Shown: piece after piece, positions 31,857 through 42,171 of the stretch
How positions within the stretch are numbered: position 1 is the first letter of the stretch
Layout of the letters: each line of letters starts with the position of its first letter
NCBI GenBank assembly: GCA_033763455.1
Contig: JANRKO010000033.1
Location: 198,002 to 262,001, forward strand
Source of the DNA: Polyangiaceae bacterium
Lineage (GTDB): Bacteria; Myxococcota_A; Polyangia; Polyangiales; Polyangiaceae
Direction: 5' to 3'
DNA length: 64,000 bases
Translations under genes and position numbers: made by a program
The notes under the pieces: generated by a model
What the model saw: the letters and a program-made list of their open reading frames with translations, nothing else
What the model was told of the DNA's origin: nothing
Databases searched by the model: none

Positions 31857-33281
31857 ATGTCGAAGAAAACCCTGATCTTCATCCCGACCTTCAACGAACG
31901 CGAGAACGTCGGGCCGATGTGCGAGCAAATCCTTGCACTTGGAATGGACGCGGATCTCATCTTCATGGATGACAATTCCCCGGACGGCACGGGGCAGCTG
32001 CTCGACAATCTTGCGGCTCAGCATCCGCGTGTGAAGGTCATGCATCGTACGGGTAAGCTCGGCGTCGGCAGTGCCCACATGGCCGGGATCCAATTTGCTT
32101 ACGCTGAGGGGTATGAGAGGTTGATAACCCTTGATTGCGATTTTACGCATTCTCCAAGTCTGATCCCGGCTTTCCTGAAACGGTGTGACACCGCAGACAT
32201 TGTCTTGGGTTCGCGGTATATGCAAAACGCCAGCTTGCCCGGGTGGTCTTTCTTTCGCAAAACACTAACTGTACTCGGGCACACGCTTACGAAAACCCTA
32301 CTGGGCATTTCGGAGGATGCGACCGGTGCGTTCCGCGTGTACAATTTGGAGACGATTCCACGTGGCCTATTCGACCTGGTGCAATCCCGAGGTTATGCAT
32401 TCTTCTTTGAGAGCCTGCTGGTCCTTTCCAGGAACGAGTGCAAAATTGCGGAGCTTCCGATTGCGTTGCCGGCTCGCACATATGGTAGCTCGAAAATGTC
32501 GCTCACGGAGATACAGCGGAGCGTGCAGACCCTGGGCACCCTCTATTATGAGGATCTAACGAATCCCACTCGCTTTCTGGTAAAAACGCCTCAAGCAGCG
32601 CTCACCCCCGGCCTTCTTGACCCACAAAACTGGAACGAATACTGGGACAAGAAGAGCGCAAAAAGTACCGCCGCTTACGACGTGATTGCGACATTCTATC
32701 GCAACGCCGTCATTCGCCGCGGGCTCACCCGCGCCATCACTGCGGAATTTGCCCCCAATGCGGCACTCTTGCACGCGGGCTGCGGGAGCGGTCAGGTGGA
32801 CGGGGATCTGCATCGGCACGCGAGAATCACGGCGATCGACATTTCCCCCTCAGCACTTAACCTGTACCGCCAAGCGAACCCGGGGGCAAAGGCAACGTAC
32901 CACGCCAGCATCTTCGACTTGCCGTTTGAGAACGGCACCTTCGATGGCGCGTACAATCTTGGCGTGGTCGAGCACTTTACGCGTGACGAACTAGCGCGGG
33001 CATTCTCCGAGCTCCACCGCGTCATCAAGCCTGGCGGCAAGTTGGTAATCTTCTGGCCCCATGCTTACGCAACGAGCGTGATGGTGCTCGGCTCCGCGCA
33101 CTTTCTACTGAATGATGTCCTGCACCGGAATGTGCGTCTGCATCCCCCCGAGGTTTCACTCGTTCATTCGAGAGAAGAGGCCGCGGAGCTCCTCGCGCTC
33201 GGGGGATTCGAGCTCACCTCCTATAGATTCGGAGCGAGGGACTTGTTCGTGCAGGCCGTGGTTGTGGCAAAGCGGGTATAG
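31857..33281 (+). CDS. GT2 polyprenol-phosphate glycosyltransferase (DPM1-like) fused to a class I SAM methyltransferase
   Basis: N-terminal IPTFNERENV, DDNSPDGT and LDCDFTH; C-terminal LHAGCGSG, DIS and GVVEHF..RVIKPGG. Confidence 0.9.
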   Translation: MSKKTLIFIPTFNERENVGPMCEQILALGMDADLIFMDDNSPDGTGQLLDNLAAQHPRVKVMHRTGKLGVGSAHMAGIQFAYAEGYERLITLDCDFTHSPSLIPAFLKRCDTADIVLGSRYMQNASLPGWSFFRKTLTVLGHTLTKTLLGISEDATGAFRVYNLETIPRGLFDLVQSRGYAFFFESLLVLSRNECKIAELPIALPARTYGSSKMSLTEIQRSVQTLGTLYYEDLTNPTRFLVKTPQAALTPGLLDPQNWNEYWDKKSAKSTAAYDVIATFYRNAVIRRGLTRAITAEFAPNAALLHAGCGSGQVDGDLHRHARITAIDISPSALNLYRQANPGAKATYHASIFDLPFENGTFDGAYNLGVVEHFTRDELARAFSELHRVIKPGGKLVIFWPHAYATSVMVLGSAHFLLNDVLHRNVRLHPPEVSLVHSREEAAELLALGGFELTSYRFGARDLFVQAVVVAKRV

Positions 33282-33397
33282 CTGTTCATACACCCGTGAG
33301 TGCCTTGGATTGCTCGGGCGACGCAGATACCGACTATCGCTCGCTGCACCCCCGACACTCGTTTTTCTGGCACGGCTCGACGTTAATCAGGAACGTC

Positions 33398-34267
33398 CTA
33401 AGTACGCTGCCAACGCTTGGGCGAACTGCCCATGATCGTTGTGAATTGTCGGTAGAAGTTACTCGGGCTCGCGAAACCTGCCGCCATGCCAGCTTCCAGT
33501 ACACCCATGCCCGCACTCAAGAGGCGCGCCGCGTGCTCCACACGTAAGCGTTGCTGATACTGCTTCGGCGAACATTGCAAGGCCCGCTGAAACGAGCGGC
33601 GCAGCGTTTCTGAGCTCATACCGCACACTCTGGCTAACTCTTCAACCGAGACATCTTCGGTGCTGCGCTGAGCCACAATATCGAGGGCTCGCGCGATGCG
33701 ATCAAGCGCCTGCCGACGCTCGGTATCCTGCGTAACGCGCCTGCCTGGTAAGCGCTGCAACTCTACCATGATAGGCCACATCAAGGCGCGCACGCCATCG
33801 CGCCAATCGGAGCGTTTTTCTAGCACTTCGGTGGCAAGATGCGACACTAACGAACTGAGGCGCGGCGCATCCGCCGGGTGCTGGCAATTCCTAAACTCAG
33901 GCCCAGCCAGTGGATAAGGATCCAACAGCTGTCGATTTCCACGCGGCGAACCCACGAGCTCTTGAGGATCAGAGAAACAGAAGAACCAACGGCTTGTAGT
34001 GCCTGGCTTGCTTTGCGCGAAATGGTGCTCATCAGGCCCCATAACTACGACATCACCGGGACCGAAGTGAAAGAGCTTGTCTTCCACAACAAAAACTCCC
34101 TCGCCTTGTAAGCAGTACCCAATCTCGAAAAAATCGTGCCGATGGAGGGCGTTGATCGGAGCATCTCGTTGTTCCCACTCGCCTGCCGCGCAGGGAAACT
34201 CCGCCGTAAGCCGGTGGGGTTCGTCGCGGACCCGCCGGGGCGTAGTAAGCAGGGTGGGATTCGGCAT
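33398..34267 (-). CDS. AraC family transcriptional regulator
   Basis: Cupin HRHDFFEI; C-terminal ELARVCGMS and GFASPSNFYRQF....GSSP. Confidence 0.93.
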   Translation of the reverse strand: MPNPTLLTTPRRVRDEPHRLTAEFPCAAGEWEQRDAPINALHRHDFFEIGYCLQGEGVFVVEDKLFHFGPGDVVVMGPDEHHFAQSKPGTTSRWFFCFSDPQELVGSPRGNRQLLDPYPLAGPEFRNCQHPADAPRLSSLVSHLATEVLEKRSDWRDGVRALMWPIMVELQRLPGRRVTQDTERRQALDRIARALDIVAQRSTEDVSVEELARVCGMSSETLRRSFQRALQCSPKQYQQRLRVEHAARLLSAGMGVLEAGMAAGFASPSNFYRQFTTIMGSSPKRWQRT

Positions 34268-34513
34268 GATCTTTTTGGGGAACGAGGAAGAACTGCTAGA
34301 GCCTGAAGGCTATCTTAATCCACAAGCGACCAAGAGTGACGCCTTCTGACGCCACCAGGGCGCATTAGCTGTCAGGCATAAGTTTTACATTTCCGTGCGA
34401 AAACGCACCGAGAGCTCTCGGCGGCGAGTAACGGAGTGCGCCTTGCGCGCGCACCTACACCTACTGTTCGTTCTGGAACACCGCTTGGTCAACGCGGTGG
34501 GGAAGTTCACGTT

Positions 34514-36298
34514 ATGCAACTCCGGACTCAGAAACCTATATGGATTGGACTGGTACTCCTCGGCACCACAGGTTGCCAAGGCACCGCCCGAGCGCCAGCC
34601 GGAAATTCAGAGAGGGCTGCGGCGCCCATGGCCAGCACCAACCCGGATGGTACCCCGAAAGTTCCGGATACTGGCACCGGTGGGCAGGGCGGGACGATGA
34701 CGCCGCCTACCGCAACGGGCCCCGTCGTGCCTCCGCCGCCTAGTGTCTGCGCAACCGCGGCTCCAGAACCCGGCCCCTCCCCCCTGCGTCGCCTGACGCA
34801 CACCGAATACGACAACACCGTGCGCGACCTTTTGACCACCACAGCTACACCCGCGCGCACCTTCGTAGCCGAGGAGCGTTCGCTCGGTTTTGATAATGGC
34901 GCCACCGTACGCACCGTTAGCCAGCTATTGGCGGAACAATACGCGAATGCAGCACGCCAGCTGTCGCAAGCTGCTGGCACTAACCTGGCAGGCACTTTGG
35001 GTTGTGACCCAGCCGTAACCAGCGAAGACGCCTGCGCTTCCAGCTTTATCGATAGCTTTGGGCTCCGGAGTTATCGCCGCCCGTTGAGCGTGAACGAAAA
35101 GGCTCGCCTGAATGCCTTTTACCAAGCTTCCAAGGCTGAATACGGCTTCCCCGCCGCGGTTGAGATGCTGGTGCAGGCTTTGTTGCAAACGCCGCAATTC
35201 CTCTACCGCATGGAAGTTGCGGACACCACGGGGCCCGCCGTGGCCCAAGCGCCCGGCGTTGTGCAAGCGGGGCCCTACGAGTTGGCTTCGCGGCTTTCGT
35301 ACTTGTTCTGGCAGAGCATGCCAGATGCAACCTTGCTCGCCGCCGCGCAAACCGGCGAACTCGCGACACCCGCTCAGGTTGTTGCCCAAGCGCGGCGCTT
35401 ACTATTGGATCCGAGAGCAAAAAGCGCCGTCGTGAACTTTCACTCGCAATGGTTCGAGCTTGGCCCCGTCGATCACATCTCCAAAGACGCGACGGTGGTT
35501 TCGAATTTCACACCTGAGCTTGGCCCCCTCTTGCGGCAACAGGCGGAGGCCTTTGTAGCGTCCACGGTGTTTGACGGGGCGGGCACCTTGGGCGCCCTTC
35601 TGACCTCGCCCGCGGGCTTCGTGAACGACACCTTAGCCCCACTCTACGGCGTTGCGGCTCCCGGCTCGGCAACTCTTTCCCCCATCATGTTGCCCTCCAC
35701 AGAGCGCGCCGGCTTGCTTACCCAAGCCGCTTGGCTCGCGCTCAACGCCAAGCCTGATCAGAGCTCGCCCGTAAAACGCGGATATTTCGTGCGCAGCGAA
35801 TTGCTGTGCAACACGCCGCCACCGCCTCCGCCAGCACTCAATGTCATGGTCCCTGCTTTCGACCCCAACGTGAGCACCCGTCAACGTTTTGAGGCACACC
35901 GTACGGACCCAGCGTGTGCCAGCTGTCACCAATTGATGGACCCGATAGGTCTCGGGTTTGAACACTACGACGCTCTCGGAGGCTATCGAGTAGCCGAGGC
36001 CAACGCTCCGGTGGATGCCAAGGGAGAGCTGACGAATACCGACATCAATGGCGTATTCAACGGCGCCATCGAGCTTGGGCAGAAACTTTCCTCCAGCGCG
36101 CAGGTTCAGAACTGCGCCGTGAGTCACTGGTTTCACTTTGGGTTTGGCCGCGCGGAAACCCAGGCAGACGGCTGCACCTTGGGCAAAATGCAGGAAGCCT
36201 TTAGCAAAACCAACGGAGACATTCGAGAGCTGATGGTCACCATGAGCCAGAGCGACGCGTTTCTGTACCGGAGTGCCTCTCAAGGCGGCGCGCTGTGA
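34514..36298 (+). CDS. DUF1592/DUF1588 family lipoprotein with CxxCH
   Basis: LRRLTHTEYDNTVRDL, ELASRLSY, RAGLLT, SSPVKRG and CASCHQLMDPIG. Confidence 0.9.
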   Translation: MQLRTQKPIWIGLVLLGTTGCQGTARAPAGNSERAAAPMASTNPDGTPKVPDTGTGGQGGTMTPPTATGPVVPPPPSVCATAAPEPGPSPLRRLTHTEYDNTVRDLLTTTATPARTFVAEERSLGFDNGATVRTVSQLLAEQYANAARQLSQAAGTNLAGTLGCDPAVTSEDACASSFIDSFGLRSYRRPLSVNEKARLNAFYQASKAEYGFPAAVEMLVQALLQTPQFLYRMEVADTTGPAVAQAPGVVQAGPYELASRLSYLFWQSMPDATLLAAAQTGELATPAQVVAQARRLLLDPRAKSAVVNFHSQWFELGPVDHISKDATVVSNFTPELGPLLRQQAEAFVASTVFDGAGTLGALLTSPAGFVNDTLAPLYGVAAPGSATLSPIMLPSTERAGLLTQAAWLALNAKPDQSSPVKRGYFVRSELLCNTPPPPPPALNVMVPAFDPNVSTRQRFEAHRTDPACASCHQLMDPIGLGFEHYDALGGYRVAEANAPVDAKGELTNTDINGVFNGAIELGQKLSSSAQVQNCAVSHWFHFGFGRAETQADGCTLGKMQEAFSKTNGDIRELMVTMSQSDAFLYRSASQGGAL

Positions 36299-36384
36299 AA
36301 CACAACCACTTCTTATTGCTCCTCAAGTAGGCAGCGGGCCGCTCGCGCGCGCCACCAATTAACACGAAGAGCTAGGAGAAACCG

Positions 36385-37794
36385 ATGAATTTACCTCGAA
36401 AACTCGCTCGACGAAGATTCCTACGCGGTGCCGGCGGAATAGCCGTGGGCCTGCCCTTCCTTGAATCGTTTCTGCCAAGAAAGGCGAGCGCGCAATCGGC
36501 GAAGCCACGGCTTGTGATTGTGTACAGCCCGAATGGGTCGAACAACGTATCGGAATTCATGCTCACGGGGGGCGGCGCCAACTACACCTTTGGGCCCGAG
36601 ACGGCGCCGCTCACACCCTACAAGAACAAGCTCTTGGTGATTTCAGGGATCGAAATCAAGCACCCCACCGCTGGCGGGGATCAACACACCGTGGCCATCG
36701 CGAGCATGTTGACAGGCGTAAAGACCGGCTATGACGCCAAATTCGACGACGTTGCTACGTCGGTGGCTGGCGGCTGGGCAGGTGGCATTTCCGTGGATCA
36801 GGAGGTGGCTAAAACCATCGGAGCCACCACCAAGTACCAGTCACTTCAGTTTGGGGTGCAAACGAGTTATCGCTACGGCAACCACCCGATCGGGCGGCTC
36901 TCGTACGCCGCTGCAGGGCAACCTCTGCCACCCGAGGATGATCCGGCTGCCGCCTACGCACGGCTTTTCTCCAACGTGGGCGCACCAACCGCCCCCGGTG
37001 TGCTGGATGCCAATCTAAAGCGCGACAAGAGCGTGATGGATTTTGTGATCGCGGAATATGGCGCGGTGAGCGGCGCCGTTTCAGCCGAAGATAAGCTGCG
37101 GCTTGATCAGCACGTGAGCATGCTACGCGAGGTGGAACGGGGGCTCACCGTAACTCCAGTGAGCAACCTGGCTTCGTGCACGCAAACAAGCTTTGCCTCC
37201 GCAGGAGATCCGAGTGCAGTAAGCAACTTCCCCGCAATCGCTAAGCAGCAGCGGGACCTCATGGTGCTGGCTCTTTCTTGCGGCCTTACGCGGATTGCGT
37301 CCTTGCAATATTCGTACGGGCGCTCGCTGCAACCTTTCCCTTGGTTGAACCTGGCTTCGGACCATCATTCGATGTCGCACGGGGACGCCTTGGGCTCAGA
37401 CGGCACAAAAGAGATCAACATTTGGTACGCCAAGGAGCTTGCCGAGCTTCTAAAGAGCTTGGATGCGGTCAACGAGGGGTCGGCTACACTCCTCGATAAC
37501 TGCATCGGCTGGTGGTGCAGTGACGTTGCAGACGGCGGCGATCACTCTTGGCTGAACTTGCGCGCGATCTTGTTTGGATCGGCTGGCGGCCGCGTAAAAA
37601 CCGGCCAACTCGTCACGTACGGTCAACGCTCGGCGCCGGTTCCGGACCCCGATTCGGATCTCAACTACGGCTGGACCAACGGTCAAGCCACCAACGCGCT
37701 GCACGTGACGCTGCTGAACGCCATGGGAGTCCCTGCAACCACGTTTGGTGATCCGCAGGTCGGAAGCGGCCCACTGCCAGGCATCCTCGTATAG
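36385..37794 (+). CDS. DUF1552 family protein (Tat-exported)
   Basis: ARRRFLRG..LPFLES Tat signal, ISVDQ and HHSMSH. Confidence 0.9.
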   Translation: MNLPRKLARRRFLRGAGGIAVGLPFLESFLPRKASAQSAKPRLVIVYSPNGSNNVSEFMLTGGGANYTFGPETAPLTPYKNKLLVISGIEIKHPTAGGDQHTVAIASMLTGVKTGYDAKFDDVATSVAGGWAGGISVDQEVAKTIGATTKYQSLQFGVQTSYRYGNHPIGRLSYAAAGQPLPPEDDPAAAYARLFSNVGAPTAPGVLDANLKRDKSVMDFVIAEYGAVSGAVSAEDKLRLDQHVSMLREVERGLTVTPVSNLASCTQTSFASAGDPSAVSNFPAIAKQQRDLMVLALSCGLTRIASLQYSYGRSLQPFPWLNLASDHHSMSHGDALGSDGTKEINIWYAKELAELLKSLDAVNEGSATLLDNCIGWWCSDVADGGDHSWLNLRAILFGSAGGRVKTGQLVTYGQRSAPVPDPDSDLNYGWTNGQATNALHVTLLNAMGVPATTFGDPQVGSGPLPGILV

Positions 37795-37796
37795 CC

Positions 37797-38777
37797 ATGA
37801 GCTACTCACGGACTCTCATTTTGGCAGTCAGCGCAGCGGTAGGCTCGGGGTGTTCATCCGGTGCGCCAGCGCGTACGGTGAACGGAGCTAGCACCACGTC
37901 AGGTGGCAGCACGAGCGGGCCGCACTCTGGAGGTAGCGCGTCCACAAGTGGTGGAGCGAGCCCTACCAGCGGCGGGTTGCCCTCCGTTAAGCCGCCCGCC
38001 TCGGGCGAAAGTGGCGGCGCCGTGAACATGGCATTTAGTGGAGGCGCTGCTTCCGGGGGCACCCCTGCCGTGCCGCCTACGGGAGCTGCCGGCGGTTCTT
38101 CGCCCACAAACCCAATGATACCTGCTGCCGGAAATTCTGGCCTAGGCGGAGAGCTCAATGGGCTGCGTTGGGAGGCTCTATGCCGCGAAAATCTGCCACC
38201 TGGGAGCGCGGCTTGCCCCAATGTACCGGCTGACGGCATGTGCCCCACGGATAAGGCAGACCCATCGGGCGACAGGCAAGGTTACTACAGCACCGATACA
38301 ACAGTGACATTTCCTGGAACACCCGGCGTTGTTTACAACGTAGGCATCCGCGTGCGCGGCGTCGTTGAATTTCGCGATTACCAGAATGGTCAGCATGACG
38401 GCGAGCATTTTTATGTGGGTGGTACCGCTCCAGATATTGTCCAGACCGCGGAGGGCTCCGAGGAAGTGCATCTGAACCTCTACAGCTTAGAAATTTCCGC
38501 GCCACACCAAATCTATTTCTTGAATCACGACGGTGGGCTCCCAACAGGCACCAACTCCCCTGTAGGTATCGTTGATCAAACCAAAACCATTCAAATTGAA
38601 GGCGGCGCCACCGTGCACGCCGTGGCCTTCGATCGCAACTGCAACGCCTACATGAATTGCGATAGCTACGACGGCGTATGCAAGCCTCTCCTCGTGCCGG
38701 GAGTAGCACCCTATCCGGCGGCTTTTAGCGGGCAATTCTTGCAGCTAGATGTAACTTCGGTGACCCCCAAAAATTGA
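37797..38777 (+). CDS. Hypothetical lipoprotein
   Basis: Lipobox GSG-C, Gly/Ser linker and IRVRGVVE beta-rich domain; co-oriented with the DUF1552 gene. Confidence 0.75.
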   Translation: MSYSRTLILAVSAAVGSGCSSGAPARTVNGASTTSGGSTSGPHSGGSASTSGGASPTSGGLPSVKPPASGESGGAVNMAFSGGAASGGTPAVPPTGAAGGSSPTNPMIPAAGNSGLGGELNGLRWEALCRENLPPGSAACPNVPADGMCPTDKADPSGDRQGYYSTDTTVTFPGTPGVVYNVGIRVRGVVEFRDYQNGQHDGEHFYVGGTAPDIVQTAEGSEEVHLNLYSLEISAPHQIYFLNHDGGLPTGTNSPVGIVDQTKTIQIEGGATVHAVAFDRNCNAYMNCDSYDGVCKPLLVPGVAPYPAAFSGQFLQLDVTSVTPKN

Positions 38778-38810
38778 GGAAAGAAGCGCAGGGCTGAATT
38801 ATCGGGGAAC

Positions 38811-40274
38811 TCAAATGAGATCTGGAAGCGGCCCTTGCGACGCCACATTGGGCCCGCCTCTTCCCGTACCGAAGCTGCCCTGCGGGACCCCGAGCCCTTG
38901 GCCAATGGCCAAATAGAGATCCACCAGCGAGCGCCCTTCAGTGCCAGGGTAGCGAATGTAACGGCCATCCAGCTTCAGGCTACCGGCTCGACCTGCGACC
39001 ACTGCCGGCCAGCGATTGTGCGCTGAGTGGTGCGTTTCGCCGTTATCGCTTGAGATGAGCACGAACGCGTCTTTGACATTAGTATCGGCCAAGAGTGCGT
39101 CCAGCGTCTTTACGGCCATACTGCTCACCCAGTTGTAGGTGCGCGCTATCACAGGGCCGTTGGTAGCAGCCTGCTCGTGACCCACATTGGCCAGGCTTGT
39201 GCCAGGCGCATTTTCCACTTCAGACCCAACCAAGAGCTTGTGGAGATCGGGACCGAAATCGTGCGAATCCCCGCAGCCGATGTCCACCCCGAGCACGTTG
39301 GAAACGCCGCAAATCAGCGCAATGCTGGCCAAATTGTTCAAAGCTTCGAGAACTTCCACCGGATCATTCGCTTGCGTCAAAGACGGTTGCGCCGGAAGGT
39401 TGCAGCTTAGAACACGGGAGACGGTGAGCTGCTTTTCACGCGCTTCGATGGCTGCCAGATACCCCGATAGCTTGTCTTTTTCGGGTGCAGCAAAGTGTGC
39501 CTCAAGGCGCGTAATATCCGCCTTCAGCGTGTCAAAGATCAGGCGCTCACGCTTGCCAATGGCACGTGCCACAGCGCCTCCTCTGCCCCCCCCACCAGCA
39601 GGCGCCAAACCCGCAAACAGTGTTTTGAAGAGCTCCACTGGGCTCTGAAAAGCAGGAACAGATTTATTCGGCCCCTCGGCAAACAGATTGTCGACGAACG
39701 CGGCATCTTGCTTGCTTGAGATGCCGATATTGATCGATTTGCGCGGGGCATCTCGGCTGAGCGCATTGGCGAGATGTTGATCGAACGTGATGCCGCCTGG
39801 CACCAGGTGATCGAAATCTTGCCCCGGCACACAGCTGAGCGCCATGTAGCCACAGCCATGCCCGCGATCTTCACCGATGCGAGGATGGTTCTTCATTCCT
39901 TCGAGCAGCACCATTTGCTGGCGGTAGTTGCCGCCCGTGGCACCGCCGTAAAGTGCAGCTGTGCCCGCGAGTGGGGCGAAAGCAAGCGGAACCGTGAACT
40001 GCTGAGAGCTGACCTTTTCGCCCGCGGCTTCCGGCGGCTCTTGAGAATCAGCCGCAGGATCCTTGAATTCCGGAGGAGCGAAAACCCAATTGGGGTTGAT
40101 TCCGTTACACCCCATCCAGAACATGGCAACCTGCCGATTCACGGCTTGGCCTTGAGCTTCACGAATGAGATTTCTCGCTAAAGGCCCCAGCAGGCTAGCA
40201 CCTACGCCAAGCCCCATTTTCTCCACAAAAGAGCGGCGGCTGAAGGACACGGATTTGCGGCTGTGGGCCACCAT
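38811..40274 (-). CDS. DUF1552 family protein (Tat-exported)
   Basis: FSRRSFV Tat signal, ITFDQHLA and SDNGETHHS. Confidence 0.85.
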   Translation of the reverse strand: MVAHSRKSVSFSRRSFVEKMGLGVGASLLGPLARNLIREAQGQAVNRQVAMFWMGCNGINPNWVFAPPEFKDPAADSQEPPEAAGEKVSSQQFTVPLAFAPLAGTAALYGGATGGNYRQQMVLLEGMKNHPRIGEDRGHGCGYMALSCVPGQDFDHLVPGGITFDQHLANALSRDAPRKSINIGISSKQDAAFVDNLFAEGPNKSVPAFQSPVELFKTLFAGLAPAGGGGRGGAVARAIGKRERLIFDTLKADITRLEAHFAAPEKDKLSGYLAAIEAREKQLTVSRVLSCNLPAQPSLTQANDPVEVLEALNNLASIALICGVSNVLGVDIGCGDSHDFGPDLHKLLVGSEVENAPGTSLANVGHEQAATNGPVIARTYNWVSSMAVKTLDALLADTNVKDAFVLISSDNGETHHSAHNRWPAVVAGRAGSLKLDGRYIRYPGTEGRSLVDLYLAIGQGLGVPQGSFGTGRGGPNVASQGPLPDLI

Positions 40275-40283
40275 GGTACCTCC

Positions 40284-42023
40284 TTAGAAGCTCCTCTTCA
40301 TGAAGGACTCGGAGGTGGCGAGCTTGGCTACGAATTCTACGTAGCTGCCAGCCTGCTTATCGTAGGCTTCCTTGGCGCTCGTTAAGCTACAGCTATCGAA
40401 CGCGGTTTCCTTGCGGCCCATATAGTAGCGGAAGGCGTTGCGCATCACGCACTCTTTTACTGTGTTAGAGGCGCCGAGCTTGGTAGACATATCGACCGCG
40501 TCCTTAAAGTGAACGCTTGCGAGATCACCGAGGGACGCGTCGCTCGGAAACGTTCCAGATCCATCAATAGGCTTATTTTGTGGGGTATCCGTGGCACGAT
40601 AGGCACCCACCACATCGTAAGATTCAAACGCGAGGCCCGTGGGATCAATGAACTTGTGGCAACCGTTGCAACCTAGCCCCACATGCGAGACGAACCGCTC
40701 ACGCATCGTTAGGTTTGGGTCATTCGGAAGAATGGGCACGGCATTGAGATCTACGGGAGGAATATCCGTACAAAAAACTTCCTCGTAGATGTACTCACCA
40801 CGCTTCATCGGCTTCGTATCGTCGCGTGCCGCCTTCAGGCCAAGCCAAGCAGGGTGGGTGAGGAAGCCTGCTCGCTGCCCTAAAGGAGCGCTGAACTTGG
40901 CGGGAACGGCTCCGAATGCGGGTGCGCCTGTTACACCAAAAATGGCCTCAGATCCGCAATCCGCGAAGACAGTGGAAGTAGTGAACAGCGTCTCGAAAAA
41001 GCCACTCGTGGAATTGGAAGCATACACGTCGCTCACGAGTGCCTCCGCCTGCGCTACAATGCTCTTGCGATCATAAGGGCATGGCATGCCTTGTGTATCT
41101 GTCTCGAGCTGCTTTTGCACCTCCAGCAACTTGCGAAGCTCGAAGTACTCCGTCACGAAGTTGCGTGCGCCGTGGGCTTCGGACGAAGCCATGAGCCTTA
41201 CCACTTGCGCTTGGATCTGCTCAGGGGAATTGAGCGCGCCGAGCACCGCTCTATCCCACAGCTCCTGATCGGGCGAACCACCCGTGATGGCATAGGCAAG
41301 CTGAGTGGCAACTTCATACGGCGTCAACGCCACCACGTTGCCCAAAGGCTCGGCGCCTATCTCCGGTTTGAACAAGAACTGCGGCGCCAGCAGCATGCTC
41401 TGAAGCACGGTGCTCAGCGACTCATCCGCGCTAAGCTCCAGCTTGGCACTCGCATAAACACCCGTATATTGAGTGAGCTCGGCAGCTGTAACCGGGCGGC
41501 GAAACAGGATAGCGCCGCGCTCCTGCACCAGCGTTTTCACGCACGCCTCCGATGGATCGGTGCGCCAACAGCTCGAAGCCTTTAGAACCTGCACGAGCTG
41601 ATCCGCAGCCTCCAGTGTGACACCGTAGGCCTGAGTGAATTCGTCGTTCGAGACGCTTTGAAAGCCCGAACTCGTACTGAAATGTTCCGCCCCTGGGATG
41701 AGCGGATTGACCAAAGTTGCAGGCATAGGCGCGACCGGCGAACTTGGCGCACGACGCCCCTTCAGAAACTCACCCACTGTATTAGAGAACTCCGATGGAC
41801 TCAGCCGCCACAAACGTCGCGGAGGAGGAACCCCCGGATCCTGCCCTGGGGGACACTGGAACGTAGCTGGCGACAACGTAACGCCGCCACTTCCCGGCGT
41901 ACCACCCATACCGCTAGCACCACCAGCACGCTCAGTGGGCGTTCCTTGGCTAGGAGCAGAAGGCTCCGAGCTGCACGCCACTACCCCGAGCGCGATGCAT
42001 GCAGTAATGGGGAGCGAACGCAT
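40284..42023 (-). CDS. DUF1592/DUF1588 family lipoprotein with CxxCH
   Basis: Lipobox VVA-C, LWRLSPSEFSNTV, RAGFLT, PMKRG and CNGCHKFIDPTG. Confidence 0.88.
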   Translation of the reverse strand: MRSLPITACIALGVVACSSEPSAPSQGTPTERAGGASGMGGTPGSGGVTLSPATFQCPPGQDPGVPPPRRLWRLSPSEFSNTVGEFLKGRRAPSSPVAPMPATLVNPLIPGAEHFSTSSGFQSVSNDEFTQAYGVTLEAADQLVQVLKASSCWRTDPSEACVKTLVQERGAILFRRPVTAAELTQYTGVYASAKLELSADESLSTVLQSMLLAPQFLFKPEIGAEPLGNVVALTPYEVATQLAYAITGGSPDQELWDRAVLGALNSPEQIQAQVVRLMASSEAHGARNFVTEYFELRKLLEVQKQLETDTQGMPCPYDRKSIVAQAEALVSDVYASNSTSGFFETLFTTSTVFADCGSEAIFGVTGAPAFGAVPAKFSAPLGQRAGFLTHPAWLGLKAARDDTKPMKRGEYIYEEVFCTDIPPVDLNAVPILPNDPNLTMRERFVSHVGLGCNGCHKFIDPTGLAFESYDVVGAYRATDTPQNKPIDGSGTFPSDASLGDLASVHFKDAVDMSTKLGASNTVKECVMRNAFRYYMGRKETAFDSCSLTSAKEAYDKQAGSYVEFVAKLATSESFMKRSF

Positions 42024-42171
42024 ACGAGGACGAGTGTAGCTTTCGACAACTCACGCTACCAGCTAGGTGCCACGGAGAAGCGAAGCAAGCAGAGAATTTC
42101 GAGCCAAAGATGTCGAACCAAGGGGTTTCCCGAATGGCCGGCTCGTAAGCGTCGCACTATCCATCCGTCGA

